Assembly (NCBI GenBank): GCA_947445025.1
Contig: CANFCB010000004.1
Location: forward strand, 1-56,064
Origin: Myxococcales bacterium
Lineage (GTDB): Bacteria > Myxococcota > UBA727 > JABDBI01
DNA length: 56,064 nucleotides
Direction of reading: 5' to 3'
The position numbers and the translations under genes are program-made. The notes below the pieces were generated by a model. That model did not search any database. It was not told the origin of the DNA and saw only the letters and a program-made list of their open reading frames with translations. Positions 37,906-48,128 of this stretch are shown piece by piece. Position 1 is the stretch's first letter, and every line of letters begins with the position of its first letter.

Positions 37906-39081
37906 TTATCCTCGACGATAACCCAGAAAAAGCGCGTCTTCTTTAAGGAGAACAGGTTTAGACCACTCGACCTGAGCCAATAATTCTTGGGGGATTTTAG
38001 TTGAAATCGCATTCACCCCATCCTTTCCAAATATTTTAGGCGAAACAATCCACCATAATTCATCAAACAATTGTTCTTTGATTAATTGCATGAGCAATTG
38101 AGCACCGCATTCAACCAATACACTTGTCATTCCTAACTGGCCCATGGCTTTTAACACATGCGGTAATGAGACATGGTTATCAAAAGCAGGAACTTGAATT
38201 CGAAGAATGCCAGCGCGATCAAATTCTTGCACACGCATTTTGGTCGCAAGCTCAGTATGCATCACATGAACAGGCCCATGTGCTTGATCGTATACAGAAC
38301 TTATAACGTCAGTTTGCAATGCGCCATCGAGCACAATTCGGTATGGATTTCTGACAAAATCTAAATCCAAATGTCGCACAGTCAAAGCAGGATTATCGAT
38401 AGATATTGTGTTAGAGCCAACCATGACAGCGTCTATGCAATTGCGCAATTGATGGATCAGAGTCCGTGCTTTTTGGTGCGAAATATCTGTTTGTGTTCCT
38501 CTTTCTTTGGTCACGCATCCGTCGAGAGAGGTAGCCACTTTACAAATCACCCAGGGAGCTTGACGTTGAATATGTTTTGCAAATGGCAAGATCAAAGCAT
38601 GTGCCTTGGCATTTAGCGGATCATTTTCCCTTAAAATGACCTCGATGCCCGCCTCTTGCAAACAGCGAATTCCGTTACCCTCTACTTTAGGATTTGGATC
38701 TTTGACACCGATGATCACTCTTTTAATTCCGGCACGGATAATCGCTTGCGTGCAAGGAGCCGTACGGCCAAAATGGTGACAAGGTTCTAAAGTAGTATAG
38801 AGCGTCGCGCCACGAGCTAATTCGCCTGCTTCTTGTAAGGCATTGATCTCTGCATGAGCCTGTCCTGCAGGAGAGGTAAAACCTTTTCCAACGATCAGCT
38901 TATCTTTCACAATTACTGAACCAACCGGCGGATTCGGATAGGTACGACCTACACCTTGGTATGCCTGCAACAACGCCTGGTGAAAACACTCATCTGCAAA
39001 CGACAAAGTCGATGCTACGTCAAAACCAGCAGCCTCATCGATTAAAAACCCAAAAGGGGATTGTGTAAAATAATTTTGCAA
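37906..39081 (-). CDS. ribD: Bifunctional riboflavin deaminase/reductase RibD
   Basis: PNPPVG, HAEINAL, LEPCHHFGRTAPC, KVATSLDG, DNPALTVR; start uncertain (TTG 39081 just after the hutU stop). Confidence 0.93.
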   Translation of the reverse strand: MQNYFTQSPFGFLIDEAAGFDVASTLSFADECFHQALLQAYQGVGRTYPNPPVGSVIVKDKLIVGKGFTSPAGQAHAEINALQEAGELARGATLYTTLEPCHHFGRTAPCTQAIIRAGIKRVIIGVKDPNPKVEGNGIRCLQEAGIEVILRENDPLNAKAHALILPFAKHIQRQAPWVICKVATSLDGCVTKERGTQTDISHQKARTLIHQLRNCIDAVMVGSNTISIDNPALTVRHLDLDFVRNPYRIVLDGALQTDVISSVYDQAHGPVHVMHTELATKMRVQEFDRAGILRIQVPAFDNHVSLPHVLKAMGQLGMTSVLVECGAQLLMQLIKEQLFDELWWIVSPKIFGKDGVNAISTKIPQELLAQVEWSKPVLLKEDALFLGYRRG

Positions 39082-39097
39082 AACAAACCTATAATAG

Positions 39098-40762
39098 CTA
39101 TACGGTAAATCCAGGAATCTTGATGTTTCTAGCTTTTGCGCAGACCATAGCATCTTCGTATCCTGCATCAACATGTCGCATGACCCCCAAAGCAGGATCG
39201 CATAGCAAAACACGTTCAATACGCAATGCCGCCTCGTCAGTTCCGTCAGCCACGATCACTTGACCGGCATGCAAACTATAACCCATCCCGACACCGCCAC
39301 CTTGATGAAAACTGACCCATGAAGCTCCATTCACCGCATTCACCAAAGCATTTAGAATAGGCCAATCCGCAACAGCATCTGAGCCGTCTTTCATGCCCTC
39401 TGTTTCACGATAGGGGCTGGCGACTGAACCACAATCCAAATGATCTCTACCAATGACAATAGGGGCCTTTACGCGGCCCTCTTTGACCAACTGATTAAAC
39501 GCTAGGCCGGCTAAATGTCTTTCACCATATCCAAGCCAACAAATGCGGGCAGGTAAACCCTGAAAGGTCACGCGCTCACGTGCCAGCTTCAGCCAGCGTT
39601 GCAAATTTTGTTTTTCTGGAAAAAGTTCAGCTACCACGCGATCTGTCAGATAAATATCTTCGGGATCTCCCGATAATGCCACCCAGCGAAATGGTCCCAT
39701 GCCCAAACAAAATAACGGACGAATGTAAGCTGGAACAAAACCAGGATAATCGAAGGCTCGCAAAACCCCGCCCTTTTTCGCTTCTGCCCGTAAATTATTT
39801 CCATAATCAAAAACAGGAACACCGTCATCGAGCCAGCGCAGCATGGCGTTTACCTGATCAGCCATACTTGCTCGCACCGTTGTCAAAAATTGCTCGGGAT
39901 TTTCCTGCCTATATGCTGCGGCTTGCTGTTCACTAAAATCAACAGGACGATAACCATATAAGGGATCATGTGCGGAAGTTTGATCTGTGATCAGATCAGG
40001 TTTAAAACCACGCGCATACAACTCAGGAAATAACTTTGCAGCGTTTCCTAATAGCGCAATGCTGATCGCTTTTTTGATCCGAGCAGCACTGGTACACAGA
40101 TCAATCGCTTCATCAAGATCGCGAACCATGACATCCACATATTTGGTTTCAAGACGACGAATAATTCGTTCTTCATCCACTTCAACGACCAAACAAATGC
40201 CACCACACATAGTAACGGCAAGCGGTTGCGCACCTCCCATTCCACCTAGACCCGCTGTTAAAATAATTTTTCCAGCGAGGTCTCCATCGGTTTGAAAGTG
40301 AACACGCGCAGCCTGCGCAAATGTCTCATAAGTGCCTTGTAAAATTCCTTGCGTACCGATGTAGATCCAGGAACCCGCTGTCATCTGGCCATACATCATG
40401 AGACCTGCTTTTTCCAGCTGATCAAAATGATCCCAATTGGCCCAATGTCCCACTAAATTAGAATTAGCAATAATCACTCGAGGTGCATTCTCATGGGTTC
40501 TTACAATCCCAACCGGCTTGCCAGATTGAATGAGCAGCGACTCATTATTTTCTAAATTTCTTAAAGCTAACACTATTGCATCAAAAGCCTGCCAATTACG
40601 CGCTGCTTTACCGCGACCGCCATAGACGATCAATTCTTCTGGTTTTTCAGCCACACTTGCATCTAAATTATTCAGAAACATGCGCAAAGCGGCTTCTTGC
40701 ACCCAGCCTTTGCAACTTATTTTTGATCCCCTAGGAGCTGTTATGGTGCGCTTAGACATCAT
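39098..40762 (-). CDS. hutU: Urocanate hydratase
   Basis: [47 protein letters not shown]. Confidence 0.98.
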   Translation of the reverse strand: MMSKRTITAPRGSKISCKGWVQEAALRMFLNNLDASVAEKPEELIVYGGRGKAARNWQAFDAIVLALRNLENNESLLIQSGKPVGIVRTHENAPRVIIANSNLVGHWANWDHFDQLEKAGLMMYGQMTAGSWIYIGTQGILQGTYETFAQAARVHFQTDGDLAGKIILTAGLGGMGGAQPLAVTMCGGICLVVEVDEERIIRRLETKYVDVMVRDLDEAIDLCTSAARIKKAISIALLGNAAKLFPELYARGFKPDLITDQTSAHDPLYGYRPVDFSEQQAAAYRQENPEQFLTTVRASMADQVNAMLRWLDDGVPVFDYGNNLRAEAKKGGVLRAFDYPGFVPAYIRPLFCLGMGPFRWVALSGDPEDIYLTDRVVAELFPEKQNLQRWLKLARERVTFQGLPARICWLGYGERHLAGLAFNQLVKEGRVKAPIVIGRDHLDCGSVASPYRETEGMKDGSDAVADWPILNALVNAVNGASWVSFHQGGGVGMGYSLHAGQVIVADGTDEAALRIERVLLCDPALGVMRHVDAGYEDAMVCAKARNIKIPGFTV

Positions 40763-40954
40763 GTCTTTTCTCGTTGTCAAAAGGCTTAAGCATGCGATTG
40801 CAAACAAATTTTTAATGAAAAAGTAAGGCCCTGTCTACATAAAAAAAAATAAGAACAAATACTTTTTTGTTGTTTTGAAATATGGTAAGTGCTAATAGAG
40901 CGTTTCCTGGCAAGATGATATTGTTCTTGCCTTTAATCAATTGAGGTTCCTTAC

Positions 40955-41173
40955 ATGCGACGTACACATTTGTTTGTTACTATTCTTTCTATGGTTCTTT
41001 TCTCATTTGCTTCTTGCAAATGTAACAAAACTGAAGCTACTGATGATACAGCTGTTGAAGCTCCAGCAGATGCAGCTCCTGCAGAAGTTGCTCCAGAAGC
41101 AGCTCCTGCTCCAGAAGCAGCTCCAGCTGCTGCAGAAGCAGCTCCAGCAGAAGCAGCTCCTGCTGCCCATTAA
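40955..41173 (+). CDS. Small Ala/Pro/Glu-rich lipoprotein
   Basis: GAGG RBS, signal peptide with lipobox FASC followed by KC, then EAAPA repeats. Confidence 0.8.
   Translation: MRRTHLFVTILSMVLFSFASCKCNKTEATDDTAVEAPADAAPAEVAPEAAPAPEAAPAAAEAAPAEAAPAAH
41057..41167 (+). repeat. Degenerate coding tandem repeat (GAAGCAGCTCCWGC-like, EAAPA)
   Basis: About six to seven imperfect copies within the small lipoprotein. Confidence 0.8.
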
Positions 41174-41202
41174 TTTGTTTTAATGTACAAGTTGATTTAG
41201 CT

Positions 41203-41255
41203 AAATCGCGTTTTAGCTTCTCCCGTTAAAAGGAGAAGCAACTCGATTTTTTTTT
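41203..41255 (+). terminator. Intrinsic terminator
   Basis: GCTTCTCC-loop-GGAGAAGC with extended AAATCG/CGATTT pairing and a T run. Confidence 0.75.
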
Positions 41256-41258
41256 GCC

Positions 41259-41939
41259 TTAAGTCGAAGCATCGAAGTCGACGTTCGGCTGAGGACCAGC
41301 TGTTTTTGCCATCTTAGGCAACTTAGCCACCAAGCCATCGGCAACAGTTTGTCTCATCGAAAAAACATCTTGCTCAATATATGCATGAGCCAAACGCCGT
41401 TTCAGAAATTGTCCAAATAAACCATCGAGCAAATCTTCTATTTCGTCTAGATTAGACATTCTTAGCAAAATTGTTTCTGCAGAAGATTCATGTACTGATA
41501 AATTTTCGCCATCTTCCTGCGCGTCGCTCACAGTAAAAGATTGTTCTGTTTTTGCATTACCAATCGCGCCATCTGCGGCCTGAACAATCACGTAGTGCAA
41601 ACGTTCCCCTATGACAAAGTTGAGTGCCAGAGAATCAACATAAGCGCCAGCGCGAATTGCTTGCAATACTTCTCCGCTATCATCTAAAGCTGTGCCAACA
41701 ACAGAGATCCGCGTCTCGGTTACGACTAATGGTTTCAGATTCATTCGTTTGCCAATGGCAATTTTCACAGTTTGTTCACGAGAAGGCCATTTGGGTAAAA
41801 TTTTTGAAATTAAAATTTCACCACCAACTTGATCAATATGAAAATAAAGCCACGTCAAAAATTCTGGACCTAGAAAAGACAACCTTTGATGAGAAGTTTT
41901 ACCCTGAAAACCATCACTATCTTGATCATCAGCACGCAT
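41259..41939 (-). CDS. RdgC-associated hypothetical protein
   Basis: FLGPEFLTWLYF N-terminal motif; ETILLRM..LDE...LFGQFL.RR C-terminus; paired with the upstream RdgC-like gene. Confidence 0.6.
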   Translation of the reverse strand: MRADDQDSDGFQGKTSHQRLSFLGPEFLTWLYFHIDQVGGEILISKILPKWPSREQTVKIAIGKRMNLKPLVVTETRISVVGTALDDSGEVLQAIRAGAYVDSLALNFVIGERLHYVIVQAADGAIGNAKTEQSFTVSDAQEDGENLSVHESSAETILLRMSNLDEIEDLLDGLFGQFLKRRLAHAYIEQDVFSMRQTVADGLVAKLPKMAKTAGPQPNVDFDAST

Positions 41940-41957
41940 GATTCACCTTCCAATTTT

Positions 41958-42626
41958 TTAATTAACTTCAGTACGGATTATAATTTTAAATAGTTCTTGC
42001 GGTTTTAGTGTCTCCAAAATGCCTTTATCCATCAAGGATAAATTAGACATAATGGCCGTGTCTGCAAATGTTTTTAAACGCAACTTCACATGAAAAGTTT
42101 GCTCAAATAAATCGACAAACCGATCACTTACCCCTTTGCCTCTAGCGAAAAAACGCACTTCTTTGCGAGACAAATCCCAGAAACAATCCACGACTTTACT
42201 CCTCGGTAAAATTCGTTTACGCATTTCACTCATGATCGCGGCCTGAATAGTTTGCTTGAGCTGCGCACCGCGCTCTGATTGATGCTTTTCTAGGGATTCA
42301 TTGAGACGTTTTTGTACTAAGTCGCGCATCATGGCTTTGGGAAAAGAAATGACATCTTCTCGGTAACCAAGAGCAATACAGTCACCAAACAAAAACTGAT
42401 CATTTAAAATAGGTTCATCATCTGCGTATGGTTTTTGCAAAGGGACAAAACCAAAACTTTCATTATCCTCACCTTCAGGGTGTAAAGGAATGAAGCGACG
42501 GACACTGAGTGCCTCTTCAAAAATTTCCGTGAAATTAGCAGGCGCGGTTCCTTCTACACGAAAGCGTAAATAAGTTATAGAGCCACTCAAAATACCCACA
42601 ATAGTCTCCTTGGTCTTAAGAACCAT
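41958..42626 (-). CDS. Short RdgC-like recombination-associated protein
   Basis: GILSGSITYLRFRVEG, ESFGFVP, LGYRED, ILPRSKVVDCFWD, FVDLFEQTF. Confidence 0.7.
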   Translation of the reverse strand: MVLKTKETIVGILSGSITYLRFRVEGTAPANFTEIFEEALSVRRFIPLHPEGEDNESFGFVPLQKPYADDEPILNDQFLFGDCIALGYREDVISFPKAMMRDLVQKRLNESLEKHQSERGAQLKQTIQAAIMSEMRKRILPRSKVVDCFWDLSRKEVRFFARGKGVSDRFVDLFEQTFHVKLRLKTFADTAIMSNLSLMDKGILETLKPQELFKIIIRTEVN

Positions 42627-42685
42627 TCATTAGCACAACTTCTGCAAGGACTAAATATAATCGCTCCATGGTTTTAAAGTAATAT

Positions 42686-43732
42686 ATGATGGAAAAAAAA
42701 TTATTTTGGGCGATTTTACTTTTATGCGCGCATGCCCGGGCGCTCATTAACAGCGAAACCGCAGGAAAAGAACAGATACCTGCCGCAATGCAGATCTGGT
42801 CGATGCAAAAGGACCAACTCAAATTTCGTTGTTCGGGGACACTGATAGCTCCTGACGTGGTTATCACAGAAGCAAGTTGCATTTATGATGAAAATCATCA
42901 AAGACGCAGCGGAACGTTCCTAATTTCAAACTCAACTAGTACCGATTTTTCCAATCCACTTTCTGATATTTTGCAACGAGTCCTCGCAACTGTTAGAAGC
43001 GAAGTCCGACACCCCACTGAAAATCTCGTTTTACTTTATTTAAAACAAGCGATTTCAATTAAGCCTGCCGTATTATTGCAGCCAGATGAAGCGCATCAAC
43101 TTATCAATCCCGGTCTCTCTCTTGTGGCAGGTTGGGGACTCAGTCAGATTCCAGAAGCTCTCCCATGGTTTGAAAAAACAAAGACTTACTGGTTTGGTAA
43201 AAATGAAATACGTCAGTCAAATACCAAGCAGCTAGGCAGCACGCATATAGGTGGCATAACCAAACATCTGCTTGAGTTTGGGCAAGAGCCCAAAGATGCC
43301 CTCGGATGCACAGGTGATGAAGGTGGCCCTATCGTCATCAATATTCAAACTTCATTCACGAATACAGAAAGACTTGTTGGGATTATTTCTTCTCACGCCA
43401 ACCTGGAAAAATGCCATTCTCCAACTTACGGCTTGCGTTTAGACACGCTTTTTGACTTCATTCATGATCAACTGATCCAAGGTTGCCAAAAGGGTTACCG
43501 GATTTGGTGTCATGTTCAAGGATTGCTGCCTCCTGGCTTTGACGACGAGGATCATCCTCAAGTCATTACTCCTGAACCGATACTACCACCGAAGCCGCCT
43601 CCCTCTGCCTCCTTGCATGAAGAACCTAAATTTGATTTTGCCAACCAAGAGCAAAAAAAAGCGCCTAATAAAAATTTGAAAATAAGAATGGAAAGCATGG
43701 GCTGTAATTGTCTGAAAGTGCGTAAACAATAA
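42686..43732 (+). CDS. Trypsin-fold (S1) protein, catalytically degenerate
   Basis: Signal peptide; CSGTLIAPDVVITEASC, NLVLLYL, VAGWG, CTGDEGGP, LVGIIS. Confidence 0.85.
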   Translation: MMEKKLFWAILLLCAHARALINSETAGKEQIPAAMQIWSMQKDQLKFRCSGTLIAPDVVITEASCIYDENHQRRSGTFLISNSTSTDFSNPLSDILQRVLATVRSEVRHPTENLVLLYLKQAISIKPAVLLQPDEAHQLINPGLSLVAGWGLSQIPEALPWFEKTKTYWFGKNEIRQSNTKQLGSTHIGGITKHLLEFGQEPKDALGCTGDEGGPIVINIQTSFTNTERLVGIISSHANLEKCHSPTYGLRLDTLFDFIHDQLIQGCQKGYRIWCHVQGLLPPGFDDEDHPQVITPEPILPPKPPPSASLHEEPKFDFANQEQKKAPNKNLKIRMESMGCNCLKVRKQ

Positions 43733-43793
43733 TCACATGAGATGGCCATTTCACTGTAGACCTCTTTGAACAAAACCCATAAATATCTTTTGC

Positions 43794-45524
43794 ATGGTCT
43801 TAATCAAATTTTTCTCCACAATTTGCCTTCTGGGCGTCACACTTTTTATAAGTGCCTGCCCTGTCGAACGGTTATTTCCAGAGAAAGTCGCTGATGGAAT
43901 TGCGCGACTCACGGTTGCTAATTTAGGCTTAATGATTCTTGGCATCAAACAACAAGGACATTCCGATCCCAACTGTAATTTATTAGCAAAACAACCCTCA
44001 ACTGATTTTAAGCGCCGCAATAAAAGCAAAGAACGAGGTCAAATTAGTTGGGAATTCATTAACTGCGTTTTTGATTTTGAAAAAAGCACTAATATTCTAG
44101 ACGACAACCAAAAAATATTGGGCACGCTTTCAGGAAAAGTTACCCTGAGCGGTCACAAAACAATTGATGGCTACTTGACCAATAACGACGCCTTTCCTGT
44201 TATTCCCGAAGGAGAAGACTCACTTCAACTTGATTTTTCTCGTGTCATTTTTGAAAATTTTCAAGCAAAAATACCAGGAGCGAGCAAAGACATGAGCATA
44301 ATCAAAGGTAGTTTAAGTTTTGCTCTCTTGATTCACTTGGCACGATCTGAAAGCTTAAATCTTTGCAGTATTCCTTTACCGAATCTCACTTTTAAAAATA
44401 TTGTTTATGATGCCAATCAAGAAACACTCGTTAAATTACCGGGCCTGTTTGGTGACTATCAAGTTGATATTCACGCATCTGACCTGGAGGCACAACAAAA
44501 CACTTATAAAGATCACACTAATTTCCTCCAAGGGCACATGGTCCTATGGGGGAATAATTCGATACAAGTCCCTTCTGATCGACTTGGTCTGGATCCCAGT
44601 TTTAAAGCAAATGCCTTTGCAGAAGACATTCAGTCTATCACTGATCTCGATAAGCCTGCTAGCTATGATTGCCCCGTCGATCGCTTCTTGGCGATTCAAG
44701 CTTCCCGATTACTCATACAAAATATTGGAAATATTGCACTTGAACTGGGTCAAAATAAAGAATGCGGACCCAAGCGTGAGGGTATGCTGAAGCAGTATCG
44801 CAGTACTTATAAACACTCATATTCGAAATTGAAAATTCCTTTGCAAAATTGCCAACTGCGCAACTTGGAAGCGAAGAAATTAACAACTGATTGTCACGCC
44901 GTTAAAACATACATGGAAGGTAAAGCTGATATTACCGGCAATACGATCGTGACTGGAAAGATTATCTATGCTTCAGAATATCTAGAGATTTTTACAGATA
45001 TTCTTCGCCAAGATCCGCAAAATACTTTATTTGATTTTCAAAAAATTACACTGGATAACTATACATCTTACGATGTCGTGCATAGCGAAAAATTACCTCA
45101 ATTTTTATTGCATATCAAAGAGGGCACCCTGTCTGCACAGGTGGAACCTATTTTTACAGAAAGCAATAAACTATGCGACTTTTCTGCAGCGACGCCCAAC
45201 GTTTACTTTCATGGCGTTACTTTAAAAGAAGCCAAAAGCACATTGAGGCTAAATTTGAAAAACATCATCAGCTCTGACGACTTATTTCTTGATTTTGAAC
45301 TCGATATCAACAACTCTAATCTCTCTGCACAAAATGGATTTTATAATAAAAAAGGCAATTGGCTGTCAGGCTCGATTAGCATCGACGGAAAAGAACACCA
45401 TCTCCATGAACTTCTTCTGCATCCCTTCTTCAAGCAAAAACATTTCGATGACAGCTATCGTTGTTTAGTAGAAAAAATTATTCCGCCCCATCAAGAGTGG
45501 GATCCGAGAGAAAATTGTTTTTAA
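43794..45524 (+). CDS. Hypothetical lipoprotein with two-fold internal repeat
   Basis: Lipobox ISAC; two homologous halves of about 270 aa. Confidence 0.75.
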   Translation: MVLIKFFSTICLLGVTLFISACPVERLFPEKVADGIARLTVANLGLMILGIKQQGHSDPNCNLLAKQPSTDFKRRNKSKERGQISWEFINCVFDFEKSTNILDDNQKILGTLSGKVTLSGHKTIDGYLTNNDAFPVIPEGEDSLQLDFSRVIFENFQAKIPGASKDMSIIKGSLSFALLIHLARSESLNLCSIPLPNLTFKNIVYDANQETLVKLPGLFGDYQVDIHASDLEAQQNTYKDHTNFLQGHMVLWGNNSIQVPSDRLGLDPSFKANAFAEDIQSITDLDKPASYDCPVDRFLAIQASRLLIQNIGNIALELGQNKECGPKREGMLKQYRSTYKHSYSKLKIPLQNCQLRNLEAKKLTTDCHAVKTYMEGKADITGNTIVTGKIIYASEYLEIFTDILRQDPQNTLFDFQKITLDNYTSYDVVHSEKLPQFLLHIKEGTLSAQVEPIFTESNKLCDFSAATPNVYFHGVTLKEAKSTLRLNLKNIISSDDLFLDFELDINNSNLSAQNGFYNKKGNWLSGSISIDGKEHHLHELLLHPFFKQKHFDDSYRCLVEKIIPPHQEWDPRENCF

Positions 45525-46546
45525 AATAAAGTGGTTTTTAAATCTTTTAAAGAACTGGCGCCGGCACCAAACATGCACACGCGCAACTGGGCAAGTACAT
45601 CCTCGATAAAATCAAACAAGGCTTGTTCGCTAGCATACGCCGCCAAGAGCATCGGTCTTGCCATGGCCCCTAAATCAGCACCCAGCGCAATCACTTTGGC
45701 CACATCAATACCGGTACGCAAACCTCCCGTCGCTATAAGAGGAATCTCGCGGGAAACAGAGCGCACATTTAAAATAGACGTCGCAGTAGCAATGCCCCAT
45801 TCGCCAAAACAGTTTGCCAATTTGCGTTGGCGATCATTTTTAGCGCAGAGCGCTTCAACTTTTGCCCAAGAAGTTCCTCCGGCACCAGCACAATCAATAC
45901 CATCTACACCCGCATCGAGGAGCCTTATAGCTGCTTCAGGACTTATGCCAAAACAAACTTCACGGGCAAAAACCGGAACTCCCAGTTTTTTTAAAGCGGA
46001 ACACATTTCGGCTAATTTACGATGCAGATCTTTAAAATCAACATCGCCACCCTGACAGGCTTCTTGCATGGCATTGAAATGAATAAACATGGCATCCGCC
46101 TCGATCATCTCCACCGCTCTTTTGACTTCATCAATGCCGAAACCGCGACAGATTTGAGCAGCGCCTATGTTGCCAAAAATCAAAGTAGTTGGTGCATGTT
46201 TTCTGATTTGATAAAAAGCAGCTTTGCTGGGGTCTTCAAGTCCGATGCGTTGACTCCCCACGCTCATAGCAATCTGCCAGTGCTCAGCGGACCTGGCCCA
46301 ACGTTGATTTAACTCTAAACCGCGTTCAATTCCACCGGTCATCGGCGCTATCATAAGTGGCGCCTGTAAGTGTTTTCCTAGCAGCCTGGTGGAGATATCA
46401 ATTTCTTGAAGAGAAATACTTTTGGCTGCTTGATTTACAAAATCATATTTCTCTAAACCAGTGCTTTTTTGGTACTCAACATCTGCGTTTAAACACGCCT
46501 CAATATGAGCGAGCTTGGCAGAGGGTTCTCTGGTTTTTAATGTCAT
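45521..46546 (-). CDS. fni: Type 2 isopentenyl-diphosphate delta-isomerase
   Basis: APMTGG, VGSQR, HFNAMQE, REVCFG, GAGGTSWAKVE, TGGLRTGID. Confidence 0.95.
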   Translation of the reverse strand: MTLKTREPSAKLAHIEACLNADVEYQKSTGLEKYDFVNQAAKSISLQEIDISTRLLGKHLQAPLMIAPMTGGIERGLELNQRWARSAEHWQIAMSVGSQRIGLEDPSKAAFYQIRKHAPTTLIFGNIGAAQICRGFGIDEVKRAVEMIEADAMFIHFNAMQEACQGGDVDFKDLHRKLAEMCSALKKLGVPVFAREVCFGISPEAAIRLLDAGVDGIDCAGAGGTSWAKVEALCAKNDRQRKLANCFGEWGIATATSILNVRSVSREIPLIATGGLRTGIDVAKVIALGADLGAMARPMLLAAYASEQALFDFIEDVLAQLRVCMFGAGASSLKDLKTTLF

Positions 46547-46548
46547 AG

Positions 46549-47967
46549 TCAGTTGCTTCCGGCAGCTACCGAATTTTCATGATTCGAATCTGCCATTTGA
46601 TACCCGTCTTTAAAAATAGGCGTGGGGATCTGGGTAAAAAGGCTATCGGCTGAACGCACTAAAATCACTGAACCTCGCCGCGGGATTTGATTGGGTGCAT
46701 AGCCTAAACGCTTGGCCAGCTGATCATGAAAAACATCGTAGGTTTTAGCGATATCAAAAACACGTTGTCGACCATTGGCACGGTAATGTGCGCGCACTTG
46801 AGCGCTTGCCCTATCAAATTGTTGGTCCGAAAGTAAAATAAATTGCTTGTCGAATTGAGCCTTTTGCCCTTCGGGAATTCTAATTTTAAATCCTTGCGGG
46901 ATAACTTCTTTTCCGGCACGGGCATTAGCCGTCAACGCTGGATTGTACTGAACTAACCAATCTTTATCGATCAAACGACTGCTGAGCAGATCTTGCACAA
47001 AAATAGGTTTAGGTAATTCGATGACATCATAGGCCCAATCCGGCACGGGTTTTACCTTGGAAAAAATCTGTTCTGCGTTGTTGTAGACGTCCAAAGCCGC
47101 TAAAAATTCTGCGTAGTAATTACGTGAAGCAAATTTAAAACTAGGACTTTGGTAATATTTAAGAACATCAGCGATGTCCCTAGAATTAACGCGCACAACG
47201 GCTCGCATCATTCCCGCGCGCCCATGGTTATAAGAAGTAATAGCCAAAGGCCAGGATTCTAATTTAGCATAAGCGCCTTTTAAATACTGAATCGCTGATT
47301 CCGTAGCAATAAGTGGGTCGTAACGCTCATCCACCAGCGGATTGACACGCATAAACTCCTTGGCAGTGCGACGCATAAACTGCCAAATCCCTGCGGCACC
47401 AGCATGCGACATTGAAGAGCTGTAAAAAAGGCTTTCCACGAATACAATGGCAATCAATTCTTCAGGCAAACCTTCACGTTTCAAGCGTGCTTTAATTTCT
47501 TGATCGTGCGCACCAGACAGTTGGTAGCCTCTTTCAAAACGATTACTCAAGCCATTTTGCGCACGTATAAAATCCGTACGTTGATATTTATCAACTCGCC
47601 TCACTGCTTTGAGTGCTTGAAAAATTTCTAAGGCAAGCCCCGAGACTTCACGCTCTGATTCAGGCTTCATCATATCAAGGGTCTTTAAGGCGGCTACGAT
47701 TTCAGCACGCGCTTGTTTAATAATCTGATCTCTAGCAATACCATTGCGACGTTGCCCTATAGCAGGCACCTGAATCACGCGATAAACCATGCTCAAATCG
47801 CTTTCATCAGAAAAAGCAATGTCTTCGGTGGTCCATTGCCCATAGACTTTGGTCCAAAAGGCAATATTAGGCAAAAGCGATTCAGGCCTGGGGAATTTTT
47901 CAGTCTTGCCCAAAGCAGCAAAAGAAAAAACTGTAAATACTATAACGGCAAAGCAAAAATTTCGCAT
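46549..47967 (-). CDS. Lytic transglycosylase (MltD-like)
   Basis: FVESLF, SHAGAAGIWQFM, DERYDP, AITSYNHG, ASRNYYAEFLAA. Confidence 0.9.
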   Translation of the reverse strand: MRNFCFAVIVFTVFSFAALGKTEKFPRPESLLPNIAFWTKVYGQWTTEDIAFSDESDLSMVYRVIQVPAIGQRRNGIARDQIIKQARAEIVAALKTLDMMKPESEREVSGLALEIFQALKAVRRVDKYQRTDFIRAQNGLSNRFERGYQLSGAHDQEIKARLKREGLPEELIAIVFVESLFYSSSMSHAGAAGIWQFMRRTAKEFMRVNPLVDERYDPLIATESAIQYLKGAYAKLESWPLAITSYNHGRAGMMRAVVRVNSRDIADVLKYYQSPSFKFASRNYYAEFLAALDVYNNAEQIFSKVKPVPDWAYDVIELPKPIFVQDLLSSRLIDKDWLVQYNPALTANARAGKEVIPQGFKIRIPEGQKAQFDKQFILLSDQQFDRASAQVRAHYRANGRQRVFDIAKTYDVFHDQLAKRLGYAPNQIPRRGSVILVRSADSLFTQIPTPIFKDGYQMADSNHENSVAAGSN

Positions 47968-48128
47968 GTATTTTAATCCCCTTCACTCTCTAGTATACGA
48001 TAACTTATCAATAAAATGCCAGCGAACTTGCCAGTAAATTCCTATGTTTGTTTTATATTAACCATATACATCTGTTTCGCCTTCAGCTAAAAACACTGGA
48101 TGACTACCTGCATTTTGGGCTTATTTAT

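Noticed and set aside
39082-39219. N-terminal extension of RibD
   Set aside because: Overlaps the conserved hutU 3' end; an artefact of longest-ORF calling.
41057-41167. Possible CRISPR-like array
   Set aside because: Short in-frame coding repeats without unique spacers; no cas genes in the window.
40941-41183. Gln/Leu-rich 80-aa ORF
   Set aside because: Alternative frame of the EAAPA repeat; the 40955 frame has the RBS and lipobox.
45531-46055. 174-aa antisense ORF in fni, and similar shadow ORFs across the window
   Set aside because: Antisense to well-conserved genes, with no motifs or RBS.
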